This document shows positions 1 to 9,750 of a stretch of DNA of 21,040 nt, in pieces. Origin of the DNA: Chiloscyllium plagiosum. Its lineage: Eukaryota. A model generated the notes under the pieces. It was given only the letters and a program-made list of their open reading frames with translations. It was not told the DNA's origin and did no database searches. The stretch is taken from NCBI RefSeq assembly GCF_004010195.1, contig NC_057750.1, positions 8,222,084-8,243,123 on the forward strand. Reading direction: 5' to 3'. Each line of letters opens with the position of its first letter. The stretch's first letter is position 1. The translations under genes were made by a program, and so were the position numbers.

Positions 1-665
1 TTATTATTTTAAGAGTGGACACAGTTTTCCCAATTGCGTTTTTGTTGAGGTGGGATGATATGTACCAAGGGCTTGCTTCCTTCTGTTCCATCTCATCTCA
101 TTCGATCAAAGTTCCCACATCACCTCAATTGTAAGGATAGAAGTGTATAGGAAGATGGCAAAGGCAGTATGGGTTCGTGTGACTGGGGCCATTTTTGGGT
201 AACTTCTGCAGGTTAGTATTTGAGGTGAGAAACCTTGTTTAAAAGCATTGCCTTGTGCAACACCCACTCGTCTTTGTGGTCCCTCCAAACAGAAAAATAA
301 GGAGTTAAGTTGCACTTGTAGACTGTGGGTACAAAAGGAGCTATACAACAAAATGTTTTATAACCAATTGAGTATGATTGCAGAGAAAAAGAGGCAGCAA
401 TCTCCCGTAAAGCTGTTAAAGAAGAATCATTCTGCACTCAACGTTAACTCTGGATTTTTCTCCAAATGTTGCCCGACTTGTCATGTGGCTGCAGCATTCT
501 CGTGTTTGTTTCCCATAAAACAGAATGTGATAATGATCGGAATGTTTGTTGATGTTCAAGATGTACACTAGCCATGACAGTAGGAATATTTCTGTAGCTT
601 ATTGAAATACAGCCCTTATGCTTGCAAATCCACTGCAGTGTCAGGCACTGTCTCAGTTTAATGTA

Positions 666-930
666 GTTGCAGCACAGAAGACCATTTGCCTTGTACTCCT
701 GCTGTGAAGAGCTGTTCAGGTAGTCCCACACGCCCTCCCTCTCCCTTTTTCCTTTTACCCTGCAAATCTTATTTCCAGGTTTGTGACTCAATCTTGAACA
801 CTTTCGTTTATCTCCTCCAGCACACACTCAGAGTCAATTCCAAATCCTGACCACTCACTGTATTTAAATAAAATGTTATATTAACTTATTGGTCCTTTTG
901 CCAATCATCCTAACTCTCTGCCTTCTAGTT
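666..930 (-). mobile_element. Old CR1 LINE 3' fragment
   Basis: gcagcacagaagaccatttgcc...aattccaaatcctgaccactcactgta...ttttgccaatcatcctaactctctgccttctagtt resembles the reverse complement of CR1 ORF2 end/3'UTR; diverged, boundaries approximate. Confidence 0.6.
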
Positions 931-944
931 CATTTTTAAAAAAG

Positions 945-1050
945 AGCATTTCAAACAGTGCAGCCTTCCCTCAATTGTGCACTGGAGAGTCAGCTTAAAT
1001 TTTATTCTCCAGACCCCTCCAGCGGAAATTCAACCCACGTCTTTGATTTG
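945..1050 (-). mobile_element. DeuSINE (SacSINE1-like) 5' fragment
   Basis: acagtgcagccttccctcaattgtgcactggagagtcagc is the reverse complement of the motif at 3425-3455, followed by a degenerate tRNA-like B box (aaattcaaccc). Confidence 0.6.
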
Positions 1051-1170
1051 GTTCGTGCACTCCAGTCATAATTATGCACATTATTAACAGTTCTTAGAAC
1101 TGCTCTTGTAAGAATTTTTGATTTTTAGTCACATTGCTGACGAGGTCACCATCTGGAGTTGTTGAGGCAA

Positions 1171-1225
1171 CTGCACTCTTAGAATTAAGAATCAAGATGG
1201 CATTCTTAATCCAGTAAGAGTGCAG
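1171..1225. repeat. 55-nt inverted repeat (hairpin)
   Basis: CTGCACTCTTA 1171-1181 pairs with TAAGAGTGCAG 1215-1225; ATTAAGAAT 1184-1192 pairs with ATTCTTAAT 1202-1210; 9-nt loop. Confidence 0.85.
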
Positions 1226-1664
1226 GGTGGGGCAAGAGTTAGATCAGCATTAGTGTCTTGTTGTTTAAGAAGATTCATAAACTCATTTTGTCACTGCATC
1301 CACAAAGAAATGGGTGTATGTTAACGGAGCCCTCTTTCAAAAATACACACACAAACATTTCCAGACAGTCTACTCCTAATGGTAACCCTGCTGGGAATAC
1401 TGTTCCATTTAGCTGCAGGATTTTGTTCATTGTGCAATCCCAGCCAGTCCCATGCTACCTATCCATCATATGCACCAAAAATCCATTTCTTTTTGCAGCA
1501 AGCAGACAGACAACAGATGGGCCTTTGAGCTGGGCCAGCTCTATCAGGTCTGGAACCGAACTGCAAGACTGTCGTTCTGGCGACATCTCTTGGTCAAGTA
1601 GAATATTGCAGCTTGTTTTCAACTAGACTTTAACATAGCAAAGGGATAAGAATGACTGGTATTA

Positions 1665-2025
1665 TTCAGTACATTAAATGTAACAAACATCCCAAAGTTG
1701 CATCACAGAAATGTTATATAATGATGTTTAACAGCATGAGCTGATGTTGAGGCAACTGGTCAAATGTTGGGTGGATAGAATAGATTTTAAATAATGTCTT
1801 AAAACAGGAAAGGAAGGGAGTGCCAGAACTAAAATCCCTGGCAGCTGAAAACATGTCTGCTAATTGTGGGGCAGTGGATATTAGAGCTGATTGGGAAGCC
1901 AGAATTGAAGGAATATGGACACCTCAAGATTGTAAGGTTGTAGAATGTTGCAGCGATAGAGAGAAGCCATGATGGGTGGTTTGCAAAAGGATAATACTTT
2001 GAAATGAGGCTGTGCTGTACCAGGA
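1665..2025 (-). mobile_element. Old L2 LINE 3' fragment
   Basis: aacatcccaaagttgcatcacag, ccctggcagctgaaaacatgtctgctaattgtgg and aagccagaattgaaggaa resemble the antisense L2 3' end and loosely match the + copy at 6870-7312. Confidence 0.55.
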
Positions 2026-2145
2026 GAGACAGCTAAAACCACTGCTTGTCTATAAGATCACAGTGAGTCCAAATTGGTCCAGTAGTTAGACAGAGATTTG
2101 AAGGGAAATTAGTGGACTGCAGGGAGAGAGTTGCTGTGATTGTAC

Positions 2146-2420
2146 CAACAACTCCATTTATATAGTATCATTAACATGTAAAAGTATCTCAATTGAAAAG
2201 ATGGTGGGGCAGTGACCAAACTCCTGTCAAAGTTGGACAGTGCAAGGGCAGAGAGAACGTAGAGGAGCTGATGGGTGAAAGCTCCCTTGTGGTTAAGAAG
2301 TCACTCCATTACAGAGATGCTGATGCCATTAAGGAGTTTGACGTGGTGTTTGGGAGGGTAACGTAACGTGGATTTTAAGAGAAGGGCAGAACCAGATGGA
2401 ATAGGCTTTGGCGACTGAGG
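2146..2420 (-). mobile_element. Old L2-type tail fragment
   Basis: caacaactccatttatatagtatcattaac is a degenerate reverse complement of the L2 terminus GTTAAAGGTGCTATATAAATGCAAGTTGTTG; inner boundary uncertain. Confidence 0.4.
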
Positions 2421-2519
2421 GCACAAAAGAAGGAAAAGCCAAAGTGTAACTTGAAGTTAACTGCATCATCAGTGCATTCATTTAGGCACAAGAAGATGTG
2501 GAGTTTGTTTCTCTGCATT

Positions 2520-2725
2520 GTAAAAGCGAGATGCTGTAAATCTGAAACGGAGAAATCTGGGAAGTGTTTGTGCCTCAGCTTGATAACCTTTCATCAACTG
2601 GAGAAGGTGAAATGCAGTAGGTTTTATGCAAGTGCAGAAGTAAAAAGGTGTTTGGGGGATGGAGTGCCGGGGGGGGAGGAAGACCAACGGGGGATGTCTA
2701 TGATACATTGGAAGGCAGAAAAGCT
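2520..2725 (-). mobile_element. Old Penelope-like terminal repeat remnant
   Basis: agatgctgtaaatctgaaac ... acctttcatcaactggag (degenerate antisense CTGATGA) followed by a purine-rich tract, as in the PLE ends elsewhere in this window. Confidence 0.4.
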
Positions 2726-3079
2726 TCAAGGATGCAAGGTATTGTTCCACTCCCTGTGCTGCCCCAAAACTTCTCTGACAAATAAGTTTCCCAAATGACT
2801 CCCATGACTTTTTTTGCATTTTCTTGGATAATAAAAATAAAATCAACAAATTTCTAAACACCAGTTATAAACATCATGGGTAGTTTCAAAACATCTAGCA
2901 GAATTCTGTTGTTTCCTGTCATTGCCAGATTGGGTCTCCTCATGGTACTTGCCAAATGCTCTACTTGGTCTACGTCTTCTGGATATCATTATAACCACAC
3001 TTTGATGAGCTGCCTTTCTCATGATCTCAGTATTGTCAGCACAAATTTCCAAAGGCTCTTTTGTTGAGCCTTTTTCTGA

Positions 3080-3312
3080 ATTCATTCACGGGATGGGGTT
3101 GTCACTGGGCAAGGTCAACATTTATTGCCCAAAGTCAACCACATTGCTGTGGGTCTGGAGTCACGTGTATGTCAGACAGGTAAGCATGACAATTTCCTAC
3201 CCTAAAGGACATTAGTGAACCAGATGGGTTTTTCCCAACAATTGAGAGATTCCACCAACTGCTGTGGTGGAATTTGAACCTGGGTTCCCAGAACATTACC
3301 TGGATCTCTCTT
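3080..3312 (-). mobile_element. Shark tRNA-derived SINE (here called family B)
   Basis: Antisense B box ggaatttgaacc near 3269-3280; body gtcaaccacattgctgtgggtctggagtcac and cctaaaggacattagtgaaccagatggg shared with 15243-15607. Confidence 0.8.
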
Positions 3313-3404
3313 GAATAAATTCTGCTAAACAAGTTAGTCAGCTCCTTTTCCCTGTACACATTTCTACTGTACTTTCTGGGTGAGATTCCTCTTTTCCATT
3401 TCGC

Positions 3405-3782
3405 AGGAATTTAGATTGACGGTCCAATGCAGTATTGAGGGAGTGCTGCACTGTCAGAGGGTCGGTGCTGAGGGAGTGCTGCACTCTTGGAGGTGCTATC
3501 TTTCAAATGAGACATAAAGCAAAGGTCCAACTCTCAGGTGGACATAAGCAATCCCAGTATACGTCAACGAAGAGCAGTTCAAGAGCTCACTGGCCAATAT
3601 TTATCCTTCGAATTATAAAATTAAAGTAGATAATTTCAACATTGTCACATTGCTGGATGCAGGAGCTTGCTTTCTGACAATTGGTTGTTGTGTTTGCAAT
3701 ATGACACTGCGGCAATAAGATGCATCTTGTGTGTTGGCGTTGAACTGATTTGGCATACCCTGAGGTTGTGAAAGGTGCTCAA
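3405..3782 (+). mobile_element. DeuSINE (SacSINE1-like) with L2-type tail
   Basis: gcagtattgagggagtgctgcactgtc, tggccaatatttatcc, cacattgctg..ggagcttgct and tail cctgaggttgtgaaaggtgct match the recalled Deu-domain SINE architecture. Confidence 0.75.
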
Positions 3783-4225
3783 AGTGTGGTGTAGTGCTAA
3801 TGCGATGTGGCTTGAAATCAAGGAAACCAGGTTAATGTTCAGGGGTATGGATTCAAATCCCACTAAGGCAGATGGTGAAATTTAAATTTGATAAATTAGA
3901 AGACCAGGAATTTTTTTTAAAAAGCCTAACAGTAATCAATGTTATAGAAGAATATTTAGTTCACTTATGTCCTTTTGGAAAGAGAATCTGCTATCCTTAT
4001 CTGGTCTAACTTATATGTGACTTGTAACTGTCCTTTGGCCAATTGGGGAGGGGTTCTTCATTCCTGAAGAAGGGCCTGTGCCCGAAACATCGAATCTCCT
4101 GTTCCCTGGATGCTGCCTGACCTGCTGTGCTGTTCCAGCAATAAAGTTTCAACTTTGATCTCCAGCATCTGCAGACCTCACTTTCTCCTCGAGGGGTAAT
4201 GAATGCTGACTGACTAGGCATTGAA
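3783..4225 (+). mobile_element. Family B tRNA-SINE, interrupted at 4055-4190
   Basis: A-box-like tggtgtagtgc, B box ggattcaaatccc 3849-3861, ggcagatggtgaaatttaaat; the tail resumes after the PLE insert. Confidence 0.7.
4055..4190 (+). mobile_element. Short Penelope-like terminal-repeat insertion with hammerhead motif
   Basis: Homologous to 11228-11360; 7-bp TSD GAGGGGT at 4048-4054 and 4191-4197; CTGAAGA 4064-4070, stem GGGC/GCCC, GAAAC. Confidence 0.85.
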
Positions 4226-4334
4226 TTAATAAATAAATACGTTGTTGCTCAGTCGCTGCAACTGCCTTTATTTGGATCCAATGTTATTTCTCTAATTGCA
4301 GAAGCAAAATGTTTTGATTATTTCTTCTCCTGCA

Positions 4335-4600
4335 TCATCACCTCTGGCATAGCCCAGCCCTGGTTCCCTGTGCTTTCTTCATATCCTTGCACACTGTTGA
4401 CAATGTCATCTGGGATCGCAGCATCTGTTCTGTTGGTCTGCTAATAAAATTTCTGCCACCACCCAGTTTCTCCACTGGCTTATTGTCGTCGTATTTCCTG
4501 TTTGAATTCCAGTCTTGGTTGATAAGTTCCTCTGACTGAGCATTCAGACTGAAGCCATTGTTTTCAACCCTTGCCCTCCATTGTGTTTCCTCCTTCCCAG
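4335..4600 (+). mobile_element. Old L2 LINE RT remnant
   Basis: Frameshifted translation ITSGIAQ...DNVIWDRSI...EFQSWL...TEAIVFNP parallels L2 RT GVPQGS...GDIIRKHG...DIQSWM...KTEAIVFGP. Confidence 0.55.
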
Positions 4601-4631
4601 CAAGTACCTCAGGCAGAACCAGATGCATTGT

Positions 4632-4732
4632 GGAGCAAACAGAGAATTCTGGAGAAACTCAACAGGTCTGGGAGCATGTGTTGAGAGAGAAACAGAGTTG
4701 ACGTTTTAACTCTGGCATGATTTCTTCAAACG
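4632..4732 (-). mobile_element. Older Penelope-like terminal repeat fragment
   Basis: ctggagaaactcaacaggtctgggagcatgtgttgagagagaaacagagttgacgtttt...ttcttcaaac; homologous to 7834-7930 and 19400-19455. Confidence 0.6.
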
Positions 4733-4910
4733 GTTTGTGGTCCTGACCTTCTATTCAGGCTCCAAGCTGAATGCACCTCCTATACTCTTCACAAAAACCC
4801 ACTGGTTTTCCCTCAGCCTCACCCTGACCTTCTGCCTCCTGGAGTTTCTATTATATCCCATGTCATGCCCTCTCCAAATTCATCTGGCTCACAACAACAA
4901 CTCTATTTTT

Positions 4911-5435
4911 ACTCAAGGAAGGATGTAAATGTGCTGTAACCAGTTCAGAGAAGATTTACCTGATTGATACTTGGAATAGCAGATTGTCTTTTGAGAAAAG
5001 GTTGGATAGACTTTGCTTGTATTCACTGGAGCCTAGAAGAATAGGAGGTGACTTGGTTGAAATATATAAGATCCTGAAGAGTCTTGATAAGGAGCATGTG
5101 GAGAGGATGATTCCACTTGTGATAGATTCTAAAACTGGGGGGTGGGGGTTGGGCCTCAGTGTTTTAAAAAAAAGTGGACACTCATTTAATAGAGAGATTA
5201 GGAAAAAAATTTTTGTGAGGGTTGGTTATCTTTGGAAATCTCCCTCAAAAGGCATTGGAAGCAGAGGCTTTGCATATTTTAAGGCAGTGGTTGGTAGATT
5301 CTTGATAAACGAGGGGTGTGAGGTGGCATGTTATCAGAGGTAGACAGGAATATGGAATAATCAGATTAGCCATGCTTATCATGAATGGTTGAGAGGCTGA
5401 GTAATGGCCTCTGGTCCTAATGTGAATGTTTCTAA
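4911..5435 (+). mobile_element. CR1 LINE 3' fragment (degraded ORF2 C-terminus plus 3'UTR)
   Basis: ORF 4984-5343 RLDRLCLYSLEPRRIGGDLVEIYKILKSLDK is the CR1 ORF2 C-terminal motif; 3'UTR tagccatgcttatcatgaatgg. Confidence 0.9.
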
Positions 5436-5924
5436 TCAAAGATGTTCTACAAAGATGGCATGGACCGGAATGGGCTGAACAGCTTCCTTCTGCAACATAA
5501 TGTCTCTCCTTCTTGTTCCTCCAAATTTACCCCTGGAGTCCTCCAGGAGAGTGATCATAATGACACTGCCCTCCACCTCATTTACATGACCTTGGTGACA
5601 AATCACAAGGCACTGCTGCGTGTTGGTGATGGCCCTTAGCTCTGCCTCTGCATTATCTTTCTTGATCCCTCCAGTGTTGATGGTGCCTATCTAAGGATAT
5701 ATGCTGCACAATGTCCTCTTGTTAAACATTGGGAAGACAAAGCCTTTCCTTTTACCTCCCTGTCACAGACTCCATGACATCACAGCTGACTCCATTTCCC
5801 TCCCTGACCAATCCATTTGCAGTCTCAATGTCCTATTTGACCTTGTGATGAACTTTCATCCACCTTTCCTCATTGCTGACAAGTGATGTATCCATCTCAT
5901 TTCCTGCTATCCCACAATTCATCA

Positions 5925-6076
5925 ACAGTAATCTTCTGATAAACTCATAATTGTCTTACTGTTGCAAACACACAATGTTGGAGAATCTCAGCAGGTCTGG
6001 CAGTATCTGTGGAGGGACTAAGAGAGAAAAACAGACTTAATGTTTCAAATCTAGTATTTTTCTTGTTCTGAGAAGG
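5925..6076 (+). repeat. Direct copy of 7785-7939 (flank plus left arm of PLE fold-back)
   Basis: acagtaatct(t/c)ctga(t/c)aaactcata(a/c)ttgtcttactgttgcaaacacacaatg...tcttgttctgag(a/t)agg present at both sites. Confidence 0.9.
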
Positions 6077-6372
6077 TCTGTTACCAATCCTCTTTATTCC
6101 CCCACACTCGCTGACCAACATTGGTTTCCAGTCAACACCTTCACTTCAAAATTAGCTCCCTTCAATCTCACCCATCCCTGTTTCTCTAACTTTCCCCAAG
6201 CTCTACAACTACCACTGAACACTACAACTTGTCTGTTCAGTATCCCTCCCACTTCTCTTACCTCTATTGGAATCCTAGTTCCCTCCTTCTCGTAAACCCA
6301 TTTTGATCAAACCTTTCACCACGTTTTGTAATCTGTGACATGCCTTGGGTGTTTCTCTACTTTAAGATTATA

Positions 6373-6648
6373 ATTAGAATCCCTACTGTGTGGAAACAGG
6401 CCCCTTAGCCCAACAAGTCCACTCCAACCCTCCGAAGAGTAACTCACCCAAACCCCTACTCTGACTAACGTATCTAACCTACTCAACCCCGAACACTATG
6501 GGCAACTTAGCACAGTCAATCCACCCTAACCTGCATATCTTGGATTGTGGGAGGAAACCGGAGCAAACCCACATCGACACAGGGAGAGGCTGGAATTGAA
6601 CCTGGGTCCCTGGTGCTATGAGATAGCAGAGCTAGCCACTGTGCTGCC
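6373..6648 (-). mobile_element. HE1-type V-SINE
   Basis: Antisense B box ggaattgaacc 6592-6602; V-domain ttggattgtgggaggaaaccggag; CR1/HER1-type tail tagaatccctactgtgtggaaacagg. Confidence 0.9.
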
Positions 6649-6869
6649 TGCAACTCCAGGACATGCTATATAAATACAAGCTAGTTGCTGTTGTTCTGGA
6701 GTTGTTTCTCATTGGTTAATTTCTGTTTAGAGTTTGTTGGGAATCCTTAACATAAGGCAAGAAAGTTGATGACAAACTGCAACATAAATCAATTCAGTAA
6801 TTCATCTGATTCCTGCAAGGGGCAACATCCCAACATTCCTCTCCCCCTATAAATGCTTCCTGTATCCTC

Positions 6870-7312
6870 AGTCTCACCAATTCAGATTCTCATTTCTTCC
6901 CTGGACTGTATTGGCTCCCATTCCAGTATCACCTTTCATTTTAAAATTCTCATCTGCATGTTCAAACCTCTGGTAGCCTCGCTCCTCTCCACCCCTGGAA
7001 CACTCCACCCAACAGCTGTCATGGCTTTCTGCAATTGTCCAGTTCTGCCTACTTAACACACCCTTCATTTTCACTGCTCCATTACCGGTGCCTGTTCTGT
7101 CACAGCTGCCAGGACCTGGAGTTCTAAAATTGGCTGCTTAAAATTCTCTAATCATCTCCTACCTCAAAGCAATGCCTTTAGCTAAGGGTTTGCTTACCCG
7201 GTCCAAAGATATCTTTCTATGAGGTTCAGTGCCACATTTTATAATGATCATGCCAAGTGCATTGGAATGTCTTTCTAAAGGTGCTATTTAAATGCTTATC
7301 CTTACTGTTGCT
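6870..7312 (+). mobile_element. Old L2 LINE 3' fragment
   Basis: ctgtattggctcccattccag...ttttaaaattctcatctgcatgttcaaa (LYWLP..FKILI..FK); terminus taaaggtgctatttaaatgc. Confidence 0.65.
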
Positions 7313-7320
7313 GAAGTGGT

Positions 7321-7352
7321 GTGCACTTCGTTGTATGCACACCAGGGGGAGC
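7321..7352 (+). promoter_or_regulatory. Candidate CTCF site (core plus upstream module)
   Basis: ACACCAGGGGGAGC 7339-7352 has 2 mismatches to CCASYAGRKGGCRS; TGCA starts 17 nt upstream; motif evidence only. Confidence 0.4.
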
Positions 7353-7414
7353 CTTTGCACTATAGCAATGAAAGGAGAATGATATTTTTATTCAACCTGC
7401 TCAGAAATATTGAT

Positions 7415-7468
7415 CCACATCTCTGGAGCAGGTGGGACTTGAACCCTGCCACTGCACCACCTACCATT
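7415..7468 (-). mobile_element. tRNA-SINE head remnant
   Basis: ctctggagcaggtgggacttgaaccc (antisense B box GGGTTCAAGTCCC) and ccactgcacca (antisense A-box-like). Confidence 0.4.
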
Positions 7469-7544
7469 GCACCTCAGCGCAGGGAAGTCCAGTGCAGACC
7501 TGTCTGCTTTTATTTTTTTCTCTCTGTTTCTCTGCTTTAGAAGG

Positions 7545-7712
7545 ACTGTAATGCTAAATGTTTAACTATTTATTTATTTTTCTAATTTACACTTAAGGTT
7601 TTGAACTTAAGCAACTTTGTGCCTAAGGTGGTGCCAGAAATGGCAACTTTGTACAGTGTACAGCACTCATGTACCTTATGCATGTGACAAAGAAAATTTA
7701 ATTCTAATTCTC
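7545..7712 (+). mobile_element. Possible Rex1-like LINE 3'UTR remnant
   Basis: Ends catgtgacaaagaaaatttaattctaattct, resembling the recalled CATGTGACAATAAA plus short tandem tail. Confidence 0.3.
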
Positions 7713-7824
7713 ATCTGTTTTAAATTAAATTGTGAATGCATGCTAGAAACAGAATTAATGCTTCTCATGTGCTATAACGTTACCACAGTAATCTCCTGAC
7801 AAACTCATACTTGTCTTACTGTTG

Positions 7825-8072
7825 CAAACACACAATGCTGGAGACTCTCAACAGGTCTAGCAGTATCTGTGCACAGAGACTAAGCAAGAAAAACAGAGTT
7901 AATGTTTCAAGTCTAGTATTTTTTCTTGTTCTGAGTAGGACTCACACCAGACTTGAAACATTAACCCTCTTTCCCTCACTCCACAGATCCTGCCAGACCT
8001 GCTGAGATGCTCCAGCACTCTTGTGTGTCTGCTTCAGATTCCCAGCATCCACAGTATTTTGCTTTTGTTTTG
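7825..8072. mobile_element. Fold-back (inverted) older Penelope-like terminal repeat
   Basis: Left arm tgctggag..caggtctagcagtatctgtg..gttaatgtttcaagtct; right arm agacttgaaacattaac..cacagatcctgccagacctg..ctccagca; terminal ccagcatccacagtattttgctttt. Confidence 0.7.
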
Positions 8073-8159
8073 ATTTACTAACATAGATAAAGCATGAAAC
8101 TTGTTTTTAAAACTACATTGCCATCTCCAATTATTGCACAGATGCAACTCTGGCAATGG

Positions 8160-8320
8160 GACATAGAACATAGAACATTACAGTGCAGTACAGGCCCTTT
8201 GGCCCTCGATGTTGCGCAAAGCTGTGAAACCAATCTGAAGCCCACCTAACCTACGCTATTCGATTTTCATCCATATGTTTATCCAATGACCCTTTAAATG
8301 CCCTTAAAGTTGGCGAGTCT
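8160..8320 (-). mobile_element. 5'-truncated CR1 LINE 3' end
   Basis: Tandem tail acatagaacatagaaca, then tacaggccctttggccc hairpin and tttaaatgcccttaaagttg (antisense TLRAFK). Confidence 0.8.
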
Positions 8321-8699
8321 AGCATGTCACAGGGACTTTTCTTTCCCCCTGGCCTCTCACTAACCAGGGGTTGATTTTGATTGACGGCATTGGTACTGAC
8401 CAATGACAGAGGTAGGAATAAATTGAGGGTGGCATTCAGTTAGTTGCAGTTACAGTTCTGACTGGATCATCCCTGGCAGACATAGTCACCTGACCCAGAA
8501 ATGATCATTAGGGCAATGGACTGACATTTAACCAGTTAGGAACCCGAGCTCCTCTTGTTTGCTGATCTCGCCATCATTCACCACTCATTGCTCAGTGAGT
8601 ACCAATAACCAGAACAGGTTTTCCTTCAGCTAGTCTCGTGTGACCCTGCGATCCCTCAAGGCAGCGACTACAGCAACAGTAAGCCTTCGGATACTAAAG

Positions 8700-9032
8700 G
8701 GAAGATGCTGACCTGGTGATGTTGTCCTAGGCATAGTAATCCAGAGACCCAGAATCATGATCTGTAGATATGGGTTCAAATCTTACCATGGCAGATGGTG
8801 AAATTTGAATTCAATGGGGAACCAAACAAAAGAATACTTTGCTTGTTGGCAACCACTGTTGGCTTTGTAAAAGCTCCTCTGCTTCACTCATGTCCTTCAG
8901 GGAAGGAAATTTGCCATCCTTTCCTGGTCTGGCCTACATGTGATTCCGAACCCACAGACTCTTGTCTGCCCTCTGGGCAATGAGGGATAAGCAATAAATG
9001 CTGGCCAACCAGTGACATCCACATCCCATGAA
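8700..9032 (+). mobile_element. Family B tRNA-SINE
   Basis: tagtaatccagagaccca, B box gggttcaaatc, ggcagatggtgaaatttgaattc; tail ataaatgctggcc..cagtgacatccacatcccatgaa. Confidence 0.8.
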
Positions 9033-9215
9033 ATTTTTTTAAAAATACCAGACAATGTATGCAGTACCAAACCTTCTTACTATATGGTTTGAAGTCACAC
9101 TGTCAGTTTGGCTTCAAGACGGGTTGGTCAAGGAGTTGGCTAGGTCTGGATCTTTCTTCATGCTTAGTTATCAAAATAACACTATTTATTGCACGTTAAT
9201 TCTAAATATTGCTAT

Positions 9216-9447
9216 TGTAACAATGCTGTGCCTTTAAGAGGTTATTTTGTCCTGGAGTTTGTTGAAAGGTTTTAAAGCAGAGGGACCAAGCAGTCTACCA
9301 AACCAGGAGAGTAAACAGCCTGGGAGACCAATCGAATTGTATCTGGAACTCGGCACCTGACATTCACCTTTAAAATAAGAAAAATTTAGGGTCTATATTA
9401 CCTTCTTTATATATTTTGGGGAGGGGGATCTGCTCTGCTCTCTAACA
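9216..9447 (+). mobile_element. Possible short (internally deleted) solo LTR
   Basis: Starts TGTAA, ends TAACA; flanks CTAT (9212-9215) and CTGT (9448-9451) could be a 4-bp TSD with 1 mismatch; gtgcctttaag near the 5' end recalls fish Gypsy LTRs. Confidence 0.4.
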
Positions 9448-9489
9448 CTGTCCACGGTAATCATTGATATACACAGCTTTACAGTTACA

Positions 9490-9536
9490 TTGAATTGAAT
9501 TTGTTGCCATATGTAACAAGGCACAGTGAAAAGCTC
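9490..9536 (-). mobile_element. Rex1-like LINE tail fragment
   Basis: Reverse complement agcttttcactgtgccttgttacatatggcaacaaattcaattcaa. Confidence 0.4.
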
Positions 9537-9662
9537 AACATGGGTTGAGCACCAATATAATTTATTTGTGTTAATGTCCATATGCTCTTATTACTCTTTA
9601 AAGTTTTAGTCTATAGTAGTGTTGTTTAATGTAGTGTTGCACAGGACTGTTTTAATTCCATT

Positions 9663-9750
9663 GAGACTGTGGTGCTGGAAAAGCACAGCAGGTCAGGCAG
9701 CATCCAAGGAGAGTTGACATTTCGGGCATAAGCCCTTCATCAGATATGAG
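9663..9750 (-). mobile_element. Short Penelope-like terminal-repeat fragment with hammerhead core
   Basis: Reverse complement CTGATGA-A-GGGCTTATGCCC-GAAATGTC; body gctggaaaagcacagcaggtcaggcagcatccaagga matches 11275-11310. Confidence 0.8.

Larger units (their letters stand above)
5510..6695 (+). mobile_element. Old L2 LINE, interrupted by the duplication at 5925-6076 and an HE1 SINE
   Basis: FTPGVLQ...LIYM; NVLLLNIGKTKPFLLPPCHRLHDITADSISLP...LNVLFD resembles L2 NFLQLNIGKTE...NLGVIFD; ctcgctgaccaacattggtttccagtc (LADQHWFPV); terminus tgctatataaatacaagctagttgctgttgtt. Confidence 0.65.

Noticed and set aside
106..827. Overlapping 74-127-aa ORFs at the window start
   Set aside because: No recognisable domain, present on both strands and partly overlapping a CR1 remnant; consistent with chance ORFs
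4338..4628. 96-aa minus-strand ORF
   Set aside because: Antisense to a decayed L2 RT remnant
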